Source: Hyalangium minutum
Lineage (GTDB): Bacteria > Myxococcota > Myxococcia > Myxococcales > Myxococcaceae
Direction of reading: 5' to 3'
Assembly: GCF_000737315.1 (NCBI RefSeq)
Contig: NZ_JMCB01000024.1
Location: forward strand, 62,001-126,000
Length of the DNA: 64,000 bases
The position numbers and the translations under genes were made by a program. Positions within the stretch are counted from its first letter, which is position 1, and every line of letters begins with the position of its first letter. Positions 47,205 through 55,437 of the stretch are shown here, piece by piece. Under the pieces are notes generated by a model that was given only the letters and a program-made list of their open reading frames with translations, made no database searches and was not told the DNA's origin.

Positions 47205-48595
47205 CAGGAGTGATCCCTCCAGTCGCGCTCCTCACGCTGCTCACTGGCCTTGCGCGCCGCGGCCTGAGTCGCAGCTTGCGCCGCGGCCTGGGCCGCCGCC
47301 GCTTCCTGTGCGCTGTCGAGGTCCAGCAGCTTGCTCACCCCGTACGCCGCCAGCCCACCGATGGCGGCTCCGCCCGCGGCGATCGCCGCCACCTCGGCCA
47401 GGGAGCGCTGCGGAGCGAAGTCCCAAGCCGGGACATTCCGAGTGCCCGGATACGCATTGTGGCGATGGGTATACGGATCGAACCCACCCAGCTCGCTCCA
47501 GTGGACCATCCGTCCATTGCCCTCGACGCGCACCTTGACTGGGGGCGGCTGGCCCGCGGCGGCCATGTTCGCGCACGGCGGGCACGCCAGCACGGAGGTA
47601 ACGGTCTCGCCTCGCTTGAGCGGCACCTGCATCCGGAAGGAGGCATTCGCCAGGGGGCGAGCACAGAAGTAGCAGCCCACGCGCTCGCCCTCGGGGGCAA
47701 AGGCCCTGTCTCCAAAGAGCGTCCGGGCCCGCTCCTCCGCGGCCTTCGCGCCCTCTTCGGCCGCGCGGATGGGGACCTCCGCCGCCTCGGGGGTCACCTT
47801 TCCCACGCGGGCCTTCGCGAGCTCATCACGCGCTCGCTGCTCCGCCATCGTGGCCTGGTTGAGCAGCGCGCGCAGGTCGGCGTCCTCCTCCAGGCGCAGG
47901 GCATGCTCCACCGAGGTCAACGCGCTCGCCACCTGTTCCATCCGCTGATCCAGGGGCGACACGTCCACACTGCGCATCGGTGTCTTGGCAGACGTCTTCC
48001 CGGGGGCACGGCGCTGTGGGGGAGCGTCCTCACCCCGAGCCTTCGCCCTCCGGATGAGGAAGCGAATCAAGAAGATGAGGCCACCGACGAACAGGAGCGG
48101 GCCGGCGAAGCAGATGACTCCGGCGATGACGGTGGCCGCCGTGTCGTTCGGCTCAGACTCAGGAGAGGCCGGGCTTGGCGCTGAGGTGCTCCCGTCCGTC
48201 GCTGCCGGAGAGGGATCGGACTGGGAGAACCCCATCTCGCGCAGTTTGTCGTCGATCTCCGCCTTCTTGTACTCCGGGTCCAGCGTCAGCGACTGGAGCA
48301 GGGCCTCGCGTGCCTCGGGGAAGCGGTTCAGCTTCCGCAGGGTGAGCCCACGGTTGTACTGCCACCGGGCCTTGCCGGGCTCCAGGGCAGCGGCCTGGTC
48401 GAACTTCTCCAGGGCGCCCGCATAGTCCTTCGCGTCGTAGAGGCGCTTGCCCTGCTCGTACACCGCGAGCGCCTGCGTGCTGCGCTCCGAGTCCGTTGCG
48501 ACCGAGCCCTCACCCCCCGCTGGCGCCTGGGCCAGCACCACGGGCCCCAGCAACACCCCCAACCCGAGCACCAGTACAGGAACATTCCATCGCAT
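47204..48595 (-). CDS. Signal peptide + TPR + TM protein with cytoplasmic CxxC..CxxC zinc-ribbon-like domain
   Basis: N-terminal signal, TPR-like repeats (YEQG..LYDAKDY..A / YNRG), one TM helix, CYFC...CPPC, Ala-rich tail; stop overlaps the GT start (TGATG). Confidence 0.7.
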   Translation of the reverse strand: MRWNVPVLVLGLGVLLGPVVLAQAPAGGEGSVATDSERSTQALAVYEQGKRLYDAKDYAGALEKFDQAAALEPGKARWQYNRGLTLRKLNRFPEAREALLQSLTLDPEYKKAEIDDKLREMGFSQSDPSPAATDGSTSAPSPASPESEPNDTAATVIAGVICFAGPLLFVGGLIFLIRFLIRRAKARGEDAPPQRRAPGKTSAKTPMRSVDVSPLDQRMEQVASALTSVEHALRLEEDADLRALLNQATMAEQRARDELAKARVGKVTPEAAEVPIRAAEEGAKAAEERARTLFGDRAFAPEGERVGCYFCARPLANASFRMQVPLKRGETVTSVLACPPCANMAAAGQPPPVKVRVEGNGRMVHWSELGGFDPYTHRHNAYPGTRNVPAWDFAPQRSLAEVAAIAAGGAAIGGLAAYGVSKLLDLDSAQEAAAAQAAAQAATQAAARKASEQREERDWRDHS

Positions 48596-48669
48596 CACGT
48601 ACCCACTCCTCCGTCGCACGCTCCCGAGTTAACGCCAGGAGCCGAGGGAGGAGCAATGCACGTCTCTGC

Positions 48670-49506
48670 TCAAGGAGAGGGAAGCGGAGGCGGGGGAGAG
48701 ACCCGTTCCCCCGCCCCGAGCCCGGCGAGGAAGCGCTCCAGGTGCTCCACCACCACCTCGGGCACCTCCAGCGTGGGGAAGTGGCTGCGCGCGTCCAGCC
48801 TCACCCCCTGGAACCAGGGGTGGTCCGCGGCAAAGGATTGCTGAGCCATCTCATACGCCGGATCCGCAGGCTGCGCGTACAGGTGCATCACCGGCACGGG
48901 AGGCACCAGGGCGGAGAGCGCACGGAGAGGATAGGTCTGCTGCGCATAGGCGTTGGCGATCTCCCAGCCGGAGCGATGCCACATCTCTGCGCCGAACGAG
49001 CCCATGTCCTCGCGGACGAAGCGGATGACCTCCTCCGAGTCGACTCCCTCCAGCCACATGCGGAAGAACTCGTCGCGGCTTCCCTTCCACGCCGAGGACT
49101 GGATTCCCTTCAGTGCCTCCAGGAAGGCGCGGGGAGGCTCGAGGACGAGCCAGTCCAGCAAGACCAGCCCCGGGACTCGCTCCCCGAGCCGCCGCCGGAG
49201 CTCCACGGCAAACCACCCCGCGTGGGACAGCGCGACGGGAACCACCTGCCGGGCGCCGCTGGCCTGCACCAGCACCAGGGCATCGTCCACGACGGTGTCG
49301 CTGGTGAAGTCTCCGTCCCCCTGCTCGGACTCGCCGTGCCCGCGCAGGTCCATGGAGAGCACCCGGTGGCGCGCCCTCATCCGGGAAGTGACGGGGCCGA
49401 ACACAGCGCGGCGGGAGCACCAGCCAGGCAGGAAGAGCAGCGCAGGCTCCCCCTGTCCCCCATCGTCGTAGCGAATGCGAGCCCCTCGCGAGCGAACCTC
49501 CGGCAT
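48670..49506 (-). CDS. Alpha/beta-hydrolase-fold protein of the HOD/QDO/AqdC cofactor-independent 3-hydroxy-4-quinolone dioxygenase type
   Basis: LPGWC, RGHG, LSHAGW, LDW, W.RSG.EI..AY, HLYAQP..P.YE, FAA.HPWF and HFP all mirror HOD as recalled. Confidence 0.72.
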   Translation of the reverse strand: MPEVRSRGARIRYDDGGQGEPALLFLPGWCSRRAVFGPVTSRMRARHRVLSMDLRGHGESEQGDGDFTSDTVVDDALVLVQASGARQVVPVALSHAGWFAVELRRRLGERVPGLVLLDWLVLEPPRAFLEALKGIQSSAWKGSRDEFFRMWLEGVDSEEVIRFVREDMGSFGAEMWHRSGWEIANAYAQQTYPLRALSALVPPVPVMHLYAQPADPAYEMAQQSFAADHPWFQGVRLDARSHFPTLEVPEVVVEHLERFLAGLGAGERVSPPPPLPSP

Positions 49507-49630
49507 GGCGACCCTTTCTGCCCACAGGTGGCGCTAACAAGCTGGATACGAGCTGTCCGCCATGCACCATCCGGGCGAAGCGCTCGCTTCCAGAACGCTC
49601 GCTGCTCGCCCCCGGGGGCTCACCCACCGC

Positions 49631-50143
49631 TCAGTCGCTGGTCACGAGCAGCGGAGCTGAGAGGGGACGCTCCTCGCAGTCGCGGGCGGTGCCGTCCTCC
49701 CACGCCAGCATCAGAAAGTCCGCAGGCCCCTCGAGCGCGATGATGGGGTGATGCCAGACGCCCGCGTGGTAGTTGATCCCCTGCCCTGGGCCACACACGA
49801 ACGCGCAGAGCTGCGAGAGCTCCGGCTCTCCCTGCGCGTCACTCGGGCACACGACGATGAGGAAGCGCTGGCACGCCACCGGCATGAACATCTGCGTCGA
49901 GCACGGGTGGCGCTCGACGAGGCGCACCTCGAAGGGCAGCGCCTTGGCCACCGAGCGGAACACCGCCAGGTTCGGCTGTGCCTCCGGCCGGGTGCTGGCC
50001 AGTTGGGCTACCCGGTCATAGCGCCGGGCCGTGCCCTGGTTGGCGCTGGAGCCGCCCGCGCGCTCCACGCTGATGACATCGCCGAACGGCCCGAACGCCT
50101 CGCGCGTGAGGGGTTGCGCCCGGACTGGCTCCTGATTGTTCAT
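49631..50143 (-). CDS. allA: Ureidoglycolate lyase
   Basis: PLTREAFGPFGDVI, LVERHPCSTQMFMP, GQGINYHAGVWHHP. Confidence 0.9.
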   Translation of the reverse strand: MNNQEPVRAQPLTREAFGPFGDVISVERAGGSSANQGTARRYDRVAQLASTRPEAQPNLAVFRSVAKALPFEVRLVERHPCSTQMFMPVACQRFLIVVCPSDAQGEPELSQLCAFVCGPGQGINYHAGVWHHPIIALEGPADFLMLAWEDGTARDCEERPLSAPLLVTSD

Positions 50144-50259
50144 GATGGGGTGTCCTCGTTCTGCTGCCCGCGAATGCGTGGGAGAGCCTCCAGACACGCG
50201 AGTATACGCCCCAGAAGGCCCCCTCAACTCGGGGGCTGGGGCGAAGCTCTCAGGTGGCA

Positions 50260-50285
50260 GTGGGTTCGATTCCCGCCGCCTCCAC
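50260..50285 (+). mobile_element. tmRNA 3'-end duplicate (integrase att-site remnant)
   Basis: GTGGG-TTCGATT-CCCGC-CGCCTCC-AC gives a T-arm plus acceptor 3' strand with U70, as in tmRNA; it directly abuts the 3' end of an integrase remnant. Confidence 0.65.
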
Positions 50286-50300
50286 TTTTTTAGTACGTCT

Positions 50301-50665
50301 TTACGGATGGTTAGCGGCTTCCTCCATCCGTATTGCACGTATGTCGCATGCGGGCGCAAGCGGCAGGGGCCGGTCAAGAACACTGACCGCCTCTCGCCGC
50401 GTGTCGGGGCTCAGATGGGCGTAGCGCTCGGTCATCTCGATCGTGACGTGGCCCATCAGTTCCTGGTTCTCCCTGACGAAGCCCCGTCTTGAGCGCCACC
50501 AGAAGCAATGTCCGCCATTCCGGCTCGGCTGCATCGATCAACCGCTCGGCTTCCTCGAAGGTGAGGAAATCGAAGGTGGGTTTGGGCAGCTTCCCGAAGA
50601 GTCGCACGCGGGGAGCCTGCGGGATGACCCGCTGTTCCTCCGCAAGCGCCAGCAGCTTGCTCCAG
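50301..50665 (-). pseudogene. Tyrosine recombinase/integrase remnant with internal deletion
   Basis: KLLALAEE.RVIP.AP...FDFLTFEEAERLIDAA..WRTLLLVALKTGLRQGE is fused out of frame to QELMGHVTIEMTERYAHL; the HxxR box is missing and the N-terminus is lost. Confidence 0.85.
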
Positions 50666-50754
50666 GCGGATGGCGCCAGCTCGGTCCCGGTGGCGCGCGG
50701 CGGATGGCGCCAGCTCGGTTCGGGTGGCGCCCACGGCGGACAGCTCCAGCTCGG
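50665..50754. repeat. Three imperfect direct repeats GGCGGA(TG/CA)GC(G/T)CCAGCTCGG
   Basis: Units start at 50665, 50699 and 50735 (34/36-nt periods). Confidence 0.6.
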
Positions 50755-50766
50755 CCCAGACCTCCT

Positions 50767-51525
50767 TCAGCCTGGAGTGACGCGCCCGCCGATCTCCGGG
50801 AAGCGCTCGTAGGTCCGCAAGAGCGCTTCTAGATGGGCGGGGTTGTCAAGATCGAGCGGTGCATCCGTGAGCTGCACCACCCACCCGCCCGACGCCGTGC
50901 GCCGCGCTCGCGTGAGCAGCTCGGCGTCGCGGGCCGGGTCCGGGAACCCGATCACTTGCGCGGCAGCGGCGGACCAGAAGTTCAGCCAACCAAGGGAATA
51001 GGGAATCTCTGGCGAGCGGATGTGGTCGAAGAGCTTCAGGGCGGGCAACCCCCGGCGTGGGGATGGCGGTCCTTCCAGCGTGGGTGCTGTCTGATACGCG
51101 ATGTCCAGCGCAGCGGCATCCGGCGTGGCATGCCCCCAGAACGCGCGTGCGCCCTCCGCTACGCCCTCCAGCATCTCCGCCGCTGCCGCGATAACGGCCT
51201 CGTCTAGTGGCAACTTCGCATGAACGTGGAGTTGCGGCTGACCGCCCGGGCTGAGGATTGCTGGGCTCTGTCTCCCCGCAACCGTCACAGGGTAGCTCTC
51301 GTCGCCATTGCACAGGAGCGGGAGCTTTCCGCGTCTTGTCGCCTCAACGAGCCAAGCGTCGCGTTGCGGTAACTCGATGGGGCGCCCTCCTTCGCCCACT
51401 TCCCACTTCAGGCGCAAGCCGGGCAGCGCCCGTTCCATACCACTGACGACAGCAAGTGTGCGGCCGTCATTGGCCACGAGCGCTGGCGCGTAGACGGCCA
51501 GAATGAGGCGATTTCGAGTGGTCAT
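50767..51525 (-). CDS. Putative immunity protein (myxobacterial DUF5953-like)
   Basis: ATGA-coupled to the upstream toxin; LGWLNFWS..AA..IGFPDP.RD.ELL..RTASGGWVVQLTD.PLDLDNPAH..ALL..YERFPEIGGR resembles immunity families paired with REase toxins. Confidence 0.7.
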   Translation of the reverse strand: MTTRNRLILAVYAPALVANDGRTLAVVSGMERALPGLRLKWEVGEGGRPIELPQRDAWLVEATRRGKLPLLCNGDESYPVTVAGRQSPAILSPGGQPQLHVHAKLPLDEAVIAAAAEMLEGVAEGARAFWGHATPDAAALDIAYQTAPTLEGPPSPRRGLPALKLFDHIRSPEIPYSLGWLNFWSAAAAQVIGFPDPARDAELLTRARRTASGGWVVQLTDAPLDLDNPAHLEALLRTYERFPEIGGRVTPG

Positions 51526-52250
51526 CGTTTGCATCCCGTGACGACGATCTTGAGGGAGGGAAGGACCTTGAGCAGCGCGTCTTTGTGCTCTTGGGTGCTC
51601 ACCCCAACAACGAAGTCGTATCCACAGGCCCGCGCAGCGGCAAGTTCCTCGGTCAGTTGCGCCACCTCCTTCTCAATCTCCTGCTCCTGGATAAAGTCAG
51701 GGTAGGTGTCAAATCGGTGGGTCTTGATCTCCCACAGCACACGCACGCCGACTTGCAGCGCATCGAAGCGCTCACCGCCCACGAATACGTCCATGCCGGG
51801 ATAACGGTTGGGCGGAAACTTATCGGCGCACTCGTTATGCGGGACATCCCCGCCCGCGTGCGGCACCAGGATGGGCTGGCACTCCGGGCGGCGCTCCAGC
51901 GTCACTGGGGGAGGCGGGGCGCTCCTGTTCGCTCGGGGCCCCTCCGGTGCGGGGTTCGCCTCCGGATCCTGCGAGGCCCGAGGAGCGTCTCCGGCCCAAA
52001 GGCCCGGCTCCCGGGTGGGCGGCAAGACGCGCTTGTGCGGGCTCCGAGGTAGGGGCTGGGGGCGAACCTGCCCTGGCTGCCCGGGGGTGGGGAGGCCCGT
52101 GCCGGGCACAGCGGGTGGGCGTACGGGCGCCCAAGCGTAGGTCTCAGGCGCCTCTTGAGTCTCAGGCGCCTTTTGAGAAGTGGCGCACCCAGCGACGACT
52201 CCGGCAGCGGCAACGGCTTGGAGGAGTGCGCTGCACGTTCGGAAGTTCAT
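51522..52250 (-). CDS. Lipoprotein polymorphic toxin with C-terminal PD-(D/E)xK-like nuclease domain (DUF6310-like)
   Basis: AAAGGA RBS; lipobox VAGC; Pro-rich linker; FDALQVGVRVLWEIKTH; immediately followed by the immunity-like gene. Confidence 0.72.
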   Translation of the reverse strand: MNFRTCSALLQAVAAAGVVAGCATSQKAPETQEAPETYAWAPVRPPAVPGTGLPTPGQPGQVRPQPLPRSPHKRVLPPTREPGLWAGDAPRASQDPEANPAPEGPRANRSAPPPPVTLERRPECQPILVPHAGGDVPHNECADKFPPNRYPGMDVFVGGERFDALQVGVRVLWEIKTHRFDTYPDFIQEQEIEKEVAQLTEELAAARACGYDFVVGVSTQEHKDALLKVLPSLKIVVTGCKR

Positions 52251-52328
52251 TCCACGTCCTTTCACCGAAGAGAGGGCGGTGCGGGTCAAGGCTGGGCCAC
52301 TTCCCCTCGGGAGTCTGCCAGCATGCGC

Positions 52329-52374
52329 TGACAGCTTGAGCCGGGGGCGCGCGCGTCTGACAGCTCCAGCTCGG
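52329..52374. repeat. Two CTGACAGCT repeats; the second contains GACAGCTCCAGCTCGG, identical to 50739-50754
   Basis: Exact 16-nt direct repeat seen on both sides of the toxin/immunity pair. Confidence 0.55.
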
Positions 52375-52458
52375 GCCGGGGCACGGTGCAGGGCATGTGA
52401 TCTGAAGGGGCGCAGGCGGTGTCCACCACGGTCGCTGGCAGCGTGGAGCGCGGTCACT

Positions 52459-52509
52459 TGACGCGTCAGCCCTTCCGGTTGACACGTCAGCCCTTCGGTC
52501 GACGTGTCA
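52459..52509. promoter_or_regulatory. Second triple TGAC-N2-GTCA array (21/20-nt spacing)
   Basis: TGACGCGTCA 52459, TGACACGTCA 52480, CGACGTGTCA 52500; linkers GCCCTT(C)CGGT repeated. Confidence 0.55.
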
Positions 52510-52589
52510 AAGCGCGTGCTTCGCATGGCCCGGTGCAGGCGGCGCTCACTCCACGCCGCCTGCGTCCGTCAGACAGGGCCTACGGTGGC

Positions 52590-53810
52590 TTAATCACACA
52601 GCCACGGACGGGTGTCGCAGATGGGCGGTTCACACTGCGTAGGGTCCATGTCGCAAGGATCCGGCGGGGTGTCGCCGTACTCTCCCCTCACGGTGATGAA
52701 GACCTGCGGCGTGTAGTCGCCGAACCACTCGACGTTCTCCCGGAGCATTCGCCACTGGAAGGCGATGGTGCTCGTGTAGTCCAGGTTGGGCGCAACGGCC
52801 GTGAACTGGAACGTCTTGGTGCCGCCTGGCGCGATCAGATCGTAGAGGTCGAGCCCCACACGCCCGCCGGCACCCCAGCTGTTGTTGTCCTGAGGTGACT
52901 GCGAGCCGAGCCGATACTCCCGATCCGACGTCCACGCGGCAGCGCCGCTGTTGCGCAGGGTGATGGACACCGTGAACGGCTGCCCGGCCTGGACTTCCGT
53001 GGGAACCGACTGGCTCACGAAGGTCGCCGCATTGGTGGGCTGGATGTTCGAGTAGAACCAGTCGTGGAAGTAGCCCCCCGGGAGCTGGGTGCAGGACGGC
53101 GGCAGGGTCTGCCCCGCCACATAGGAGCATTCGATGGAGATGCCCGCGATGCAGCCCGGAAGGGACTGGAGCGGGCACTGCCAGTCAAAGACGCCACGCC
53201 AGATGCTGGCGCCCCCCGAGTCGCCCTCCGCCAGTTGCTTCCCCGACGTGGGCCGCACCAGCAGGTAATGGGGGGCGTCCGCGTAGCCGTCGACCTTCAG
53301 CTCCGCATAGCGCAGCGTTCCGGCCCCCGTGCCATCCGGGGTGTTGTATCCATACCCGAACACCTGCAGGACATAGTCATCCAGCGACACCGCCGTGCCG
53401 CTGTAGACCGGCCGCAAGAACGAGTGGTCCGAGCTGAAGAGGGTGAAAGGCTCGGTCAACAGGATGATGGCCAGATCCTCGGTGGGGTGGAGGATGAACC
53501 TCCGAGGGCGGCGGGTCTCCGAGCCCATCTTGAGGCTGACCGTGTGCGGGTAGGTCAGGTCGTAGTTCGTGAGGCAGTGCTTCGCCGTGATGAGCCAATG
53601 GTTGGTGTGCAGCGTGGCCGTGCACTTTCCGTGGCTCGTCTGGAGCAGCGCGAAGCCTGAGTCCGCCGAATTCATATCGGTCCCATTGACGACGGCATCG
53701 CTCCGCTGCCCCAGGGCTGGCTGCGACTCCTGGGACTCCGAGGGGTTCTCTTCGCCGCAAGCCATGACGAGGCATGACAGCAGCAACAAGGACAGATGGA
53801 CCCGGTGCAT
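52590..53810 (-). CDS. Trypsin-like serine protease lipoprotein with C-terminal NBR1-type Ig-like domain
   Basis: Lipobox VMAC; TAKHC, DLAI, GDSGG triad; F.SQSVP...GQ.F.V..T.RN.G...W...Y.LG..FQW.M domain; Cys/Pro tail. Confidence 0.85.
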   Translation of the reverse strand: MHRVHLSLLLLSCLVMACGEENPSESQESQPALGQRSDAVVNGTDMNSADSGFALLQTSHGKCTATLHTNHWLITAKHCLTNYDLTYPHTVSLKMGSETRRPRRFILHPTEDLAIILLTEPFTLFSSDHSFLRPVYSGTAVSLDDYVLQVFGYGYNTPDGTGAGTLRYAELKVDGYADAPHYLLVRPTSGKQLAEGDSGGASIWRGVFDWQCPLQSLPGCIAGISIECSYVAGQTLPPSCTQLPGGYFHDWFYSNIQPTNAATFVSQSVPTEVQAGQPFTVSITLRNSGAAAWTSDREYRLGSQSPQDNNSWGAGGRVGLDLYDLIAPGGTKTFQFTAVAPNLDYTSTIAFQWRMLRENVEWFGDYTPQVFITVRGEYGDTPPDPCDMDPTQCEPPICDTRPWLCD

Positions 53811-53839
53811 GTTCTTTCCTGTGCGGTTCGGGTGGCTCA

Positions 53840-55129
53840 TCACTGGGTCACGATCCACACGTCGTGGACGCTCAAGAGATCTTTGATATCGGGGTACACG
53901 ATGCGGTAGCTGCAATCCGTCCGAGCCGAATCCGTGCAGGAGGCAGGGGCACCGCCCGGGTCTCCAGCGCTGATGGTCCCCTTCGCGACGACCATTCCCG
54001 CCGTGGAGGAGAGCGAGAAGACGGGGCCGCCGCTGTCGCCTGGACCGGCGGCGAACTCATGGGACTGCTCCTCGGCCTCGACCATGGGGCCATACCGGTA
54101 GGTGGTGATGTCGTTCCAGTAGATGCCGACGTTGGTCACCATGATGTTGCAGCGGGCGCCAGAGAAGGAGCCCGAGGTGCACACCCAGTTTCCCACGTAG
54201 TTCCTGCTGGCGCCGGCGACCCCCTTGGTGAACTCACCCACCCCGACGCCGCCATCGTAGATATCGCCAGACGCGGCGACAGCAATCCGGACGGTGTCAT
54301 AGGGCTTGTTGTATGCCGTCGTGGACCCCATGACGTTGCCGACCCCCGTGTAGAAGGTGACGCCGTTGCCATGGGCGCAATGCCCCGCCGTGAGCATTCC
54401 CTGGCCGAAGAGGTTGCCCACCGCGAAGCCCGAGGAGCAGGAGACGGTGGAGTTCTTGATGCGAGCGCCTCCGAAATAGGGCGCCCAGTCGTCCAGGCGC
54501 GAGAAGTGGGCGAGAGGCCTGCCTTGCTCGAGCTTCAGATGGACCTTCTGATTGAAGATCGCCATCCGTGAGGCCTCCTCCACCGGCCCACTGATGCTCA
54601 CGGACAGGCCCGACCAGCCCGGAAGAGGAGCCACCTTGTACACCTGAACCCCCGGCGCGACGCCAGGCGCGAGAGCTTCATCGAAGATACGCTCCGCCTC
54701 GGCCCGCAGCTCGGCCTTCGAGTACGCGGCCTCGGCCTGCGCGATCTGGATGCCTTCCCGCGAGGTGAGCTGCTCCACGAGGTGGGCCACCTCGAGCGGA
54801 AGCTTCTGGCCAGCCTTCCAGTACAGCGTGACGAGCCGCTGGGGCACGTCGAGGGTGATTCCCGAGAACCCGCTCAGCCCACGAGCCTCGATGAGCTCGC
54901 TCAGCGCGTCCGCAGCCCGGGTCAGGGGTTCCTGCGCCGCCGCCAGCTCCGCCCACGAGGAGAAACCCCGCGGGGGAGAACTTTGCGGTTCCTGACTCGT
55001 CGCGCGAGGGACCCTGCTGTCCGCGGCTTCCGCCGCCGCACTCAGGATCATGGCTGCACAGGTCATGCTCGAGAGCAGCGCCGACACGAGCCGCGCTCGG
55101 GCGCCGCCGATGACACTCTGCTTCATCAT
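53840..55129 (-). CDS. Secreted S1 (alpha-lytic/streptogrisin-like) serine protease with pro-region
   Basis: Signal and pro-region; CSSGF, LTAGHC, YDTV, VCTSGSFSG, GPGDSGGPVF. Confidence 0.85.
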   Translation of the reverse strand: MMKQSVIGGARARLVSALLSSMTCAAMILSAAAEAADSRVPRATSQEPQSSPPRGFSSWAELAAAQEPLTRAADALSELIEARGLSGFSGITLDVPQRLVTLYWKAGQKLPLEVAHLVEQLTSREGIQIAQAEAAYSKAELRAEAERIFDEALAPGVAPGVQVYKVAPLPGWSGLSVSISGPVEEASRMAIFNQKVHLKLEQGRPLAHFSRLDDWAPYFGGARIKNSTVSCSSGFAVGNLFGQGMLTAGHCAHGNGVTFYTGVGNVMGSTTAYNKPYDTVRIAVAASGDIYDGGVGVGEFTKGVAGASRNYVGNWVCTSGSFSGARCNIMVTNVGIYWNDITTYRYGPMVEAEEQSHEFAAGPGDSGGPVFSLSSTAGMVVAKGTISAGDPGGAPASCTDSARTDCSYRIVYPDIKDLLSVHDVWIVTQ

Positions 55130-55437
55130 TTTCTTCTTTCTCCTGCGGTGATCGTTCAAGGGTTGGATCTGCCTGGATGCACGCACCCAGCTGTGCAGCG
55201 AAGCTTGGTTGCTGCACGTGCCGGGGCGCAGAGCACCCGCCGTGCCAAGACCCGGAGCCTGGGGTGATGTCACCGAGATGCCTGGGGAGCGCTGGGAACG
55301 CAGCACAGGCCAGGAATCGTGCAGCAGGGTTGTGCGCGGAAGGGTTCCGCCGCAGATTCCGGCAACGGGGGCTGCGTGGAGAGACTACTCAGCTGCGTGT
55401 TCGCGACACGCTGGGCTGGAAGGCAGCCGCCCCAACC

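Noticed and set aside
50150-50290. Complete tmRNA (ssrA) or tRNA gene
   Set aside because: Only ~26 nt match a tmRNA 3' end. The allA start is ~115 nt upstream, leaving no room for a ~350-nt tmRNA, and there is no anticodon or D arm for a tRNA. The GGGGGCT at 50231 could pair with the acceptor strand but gives only a ~55-nt non-canonical fold.
50665-50754. CRISPR array
   Set aside because: Only three imperfect units with ~14-nt linkers, and no cas genes.
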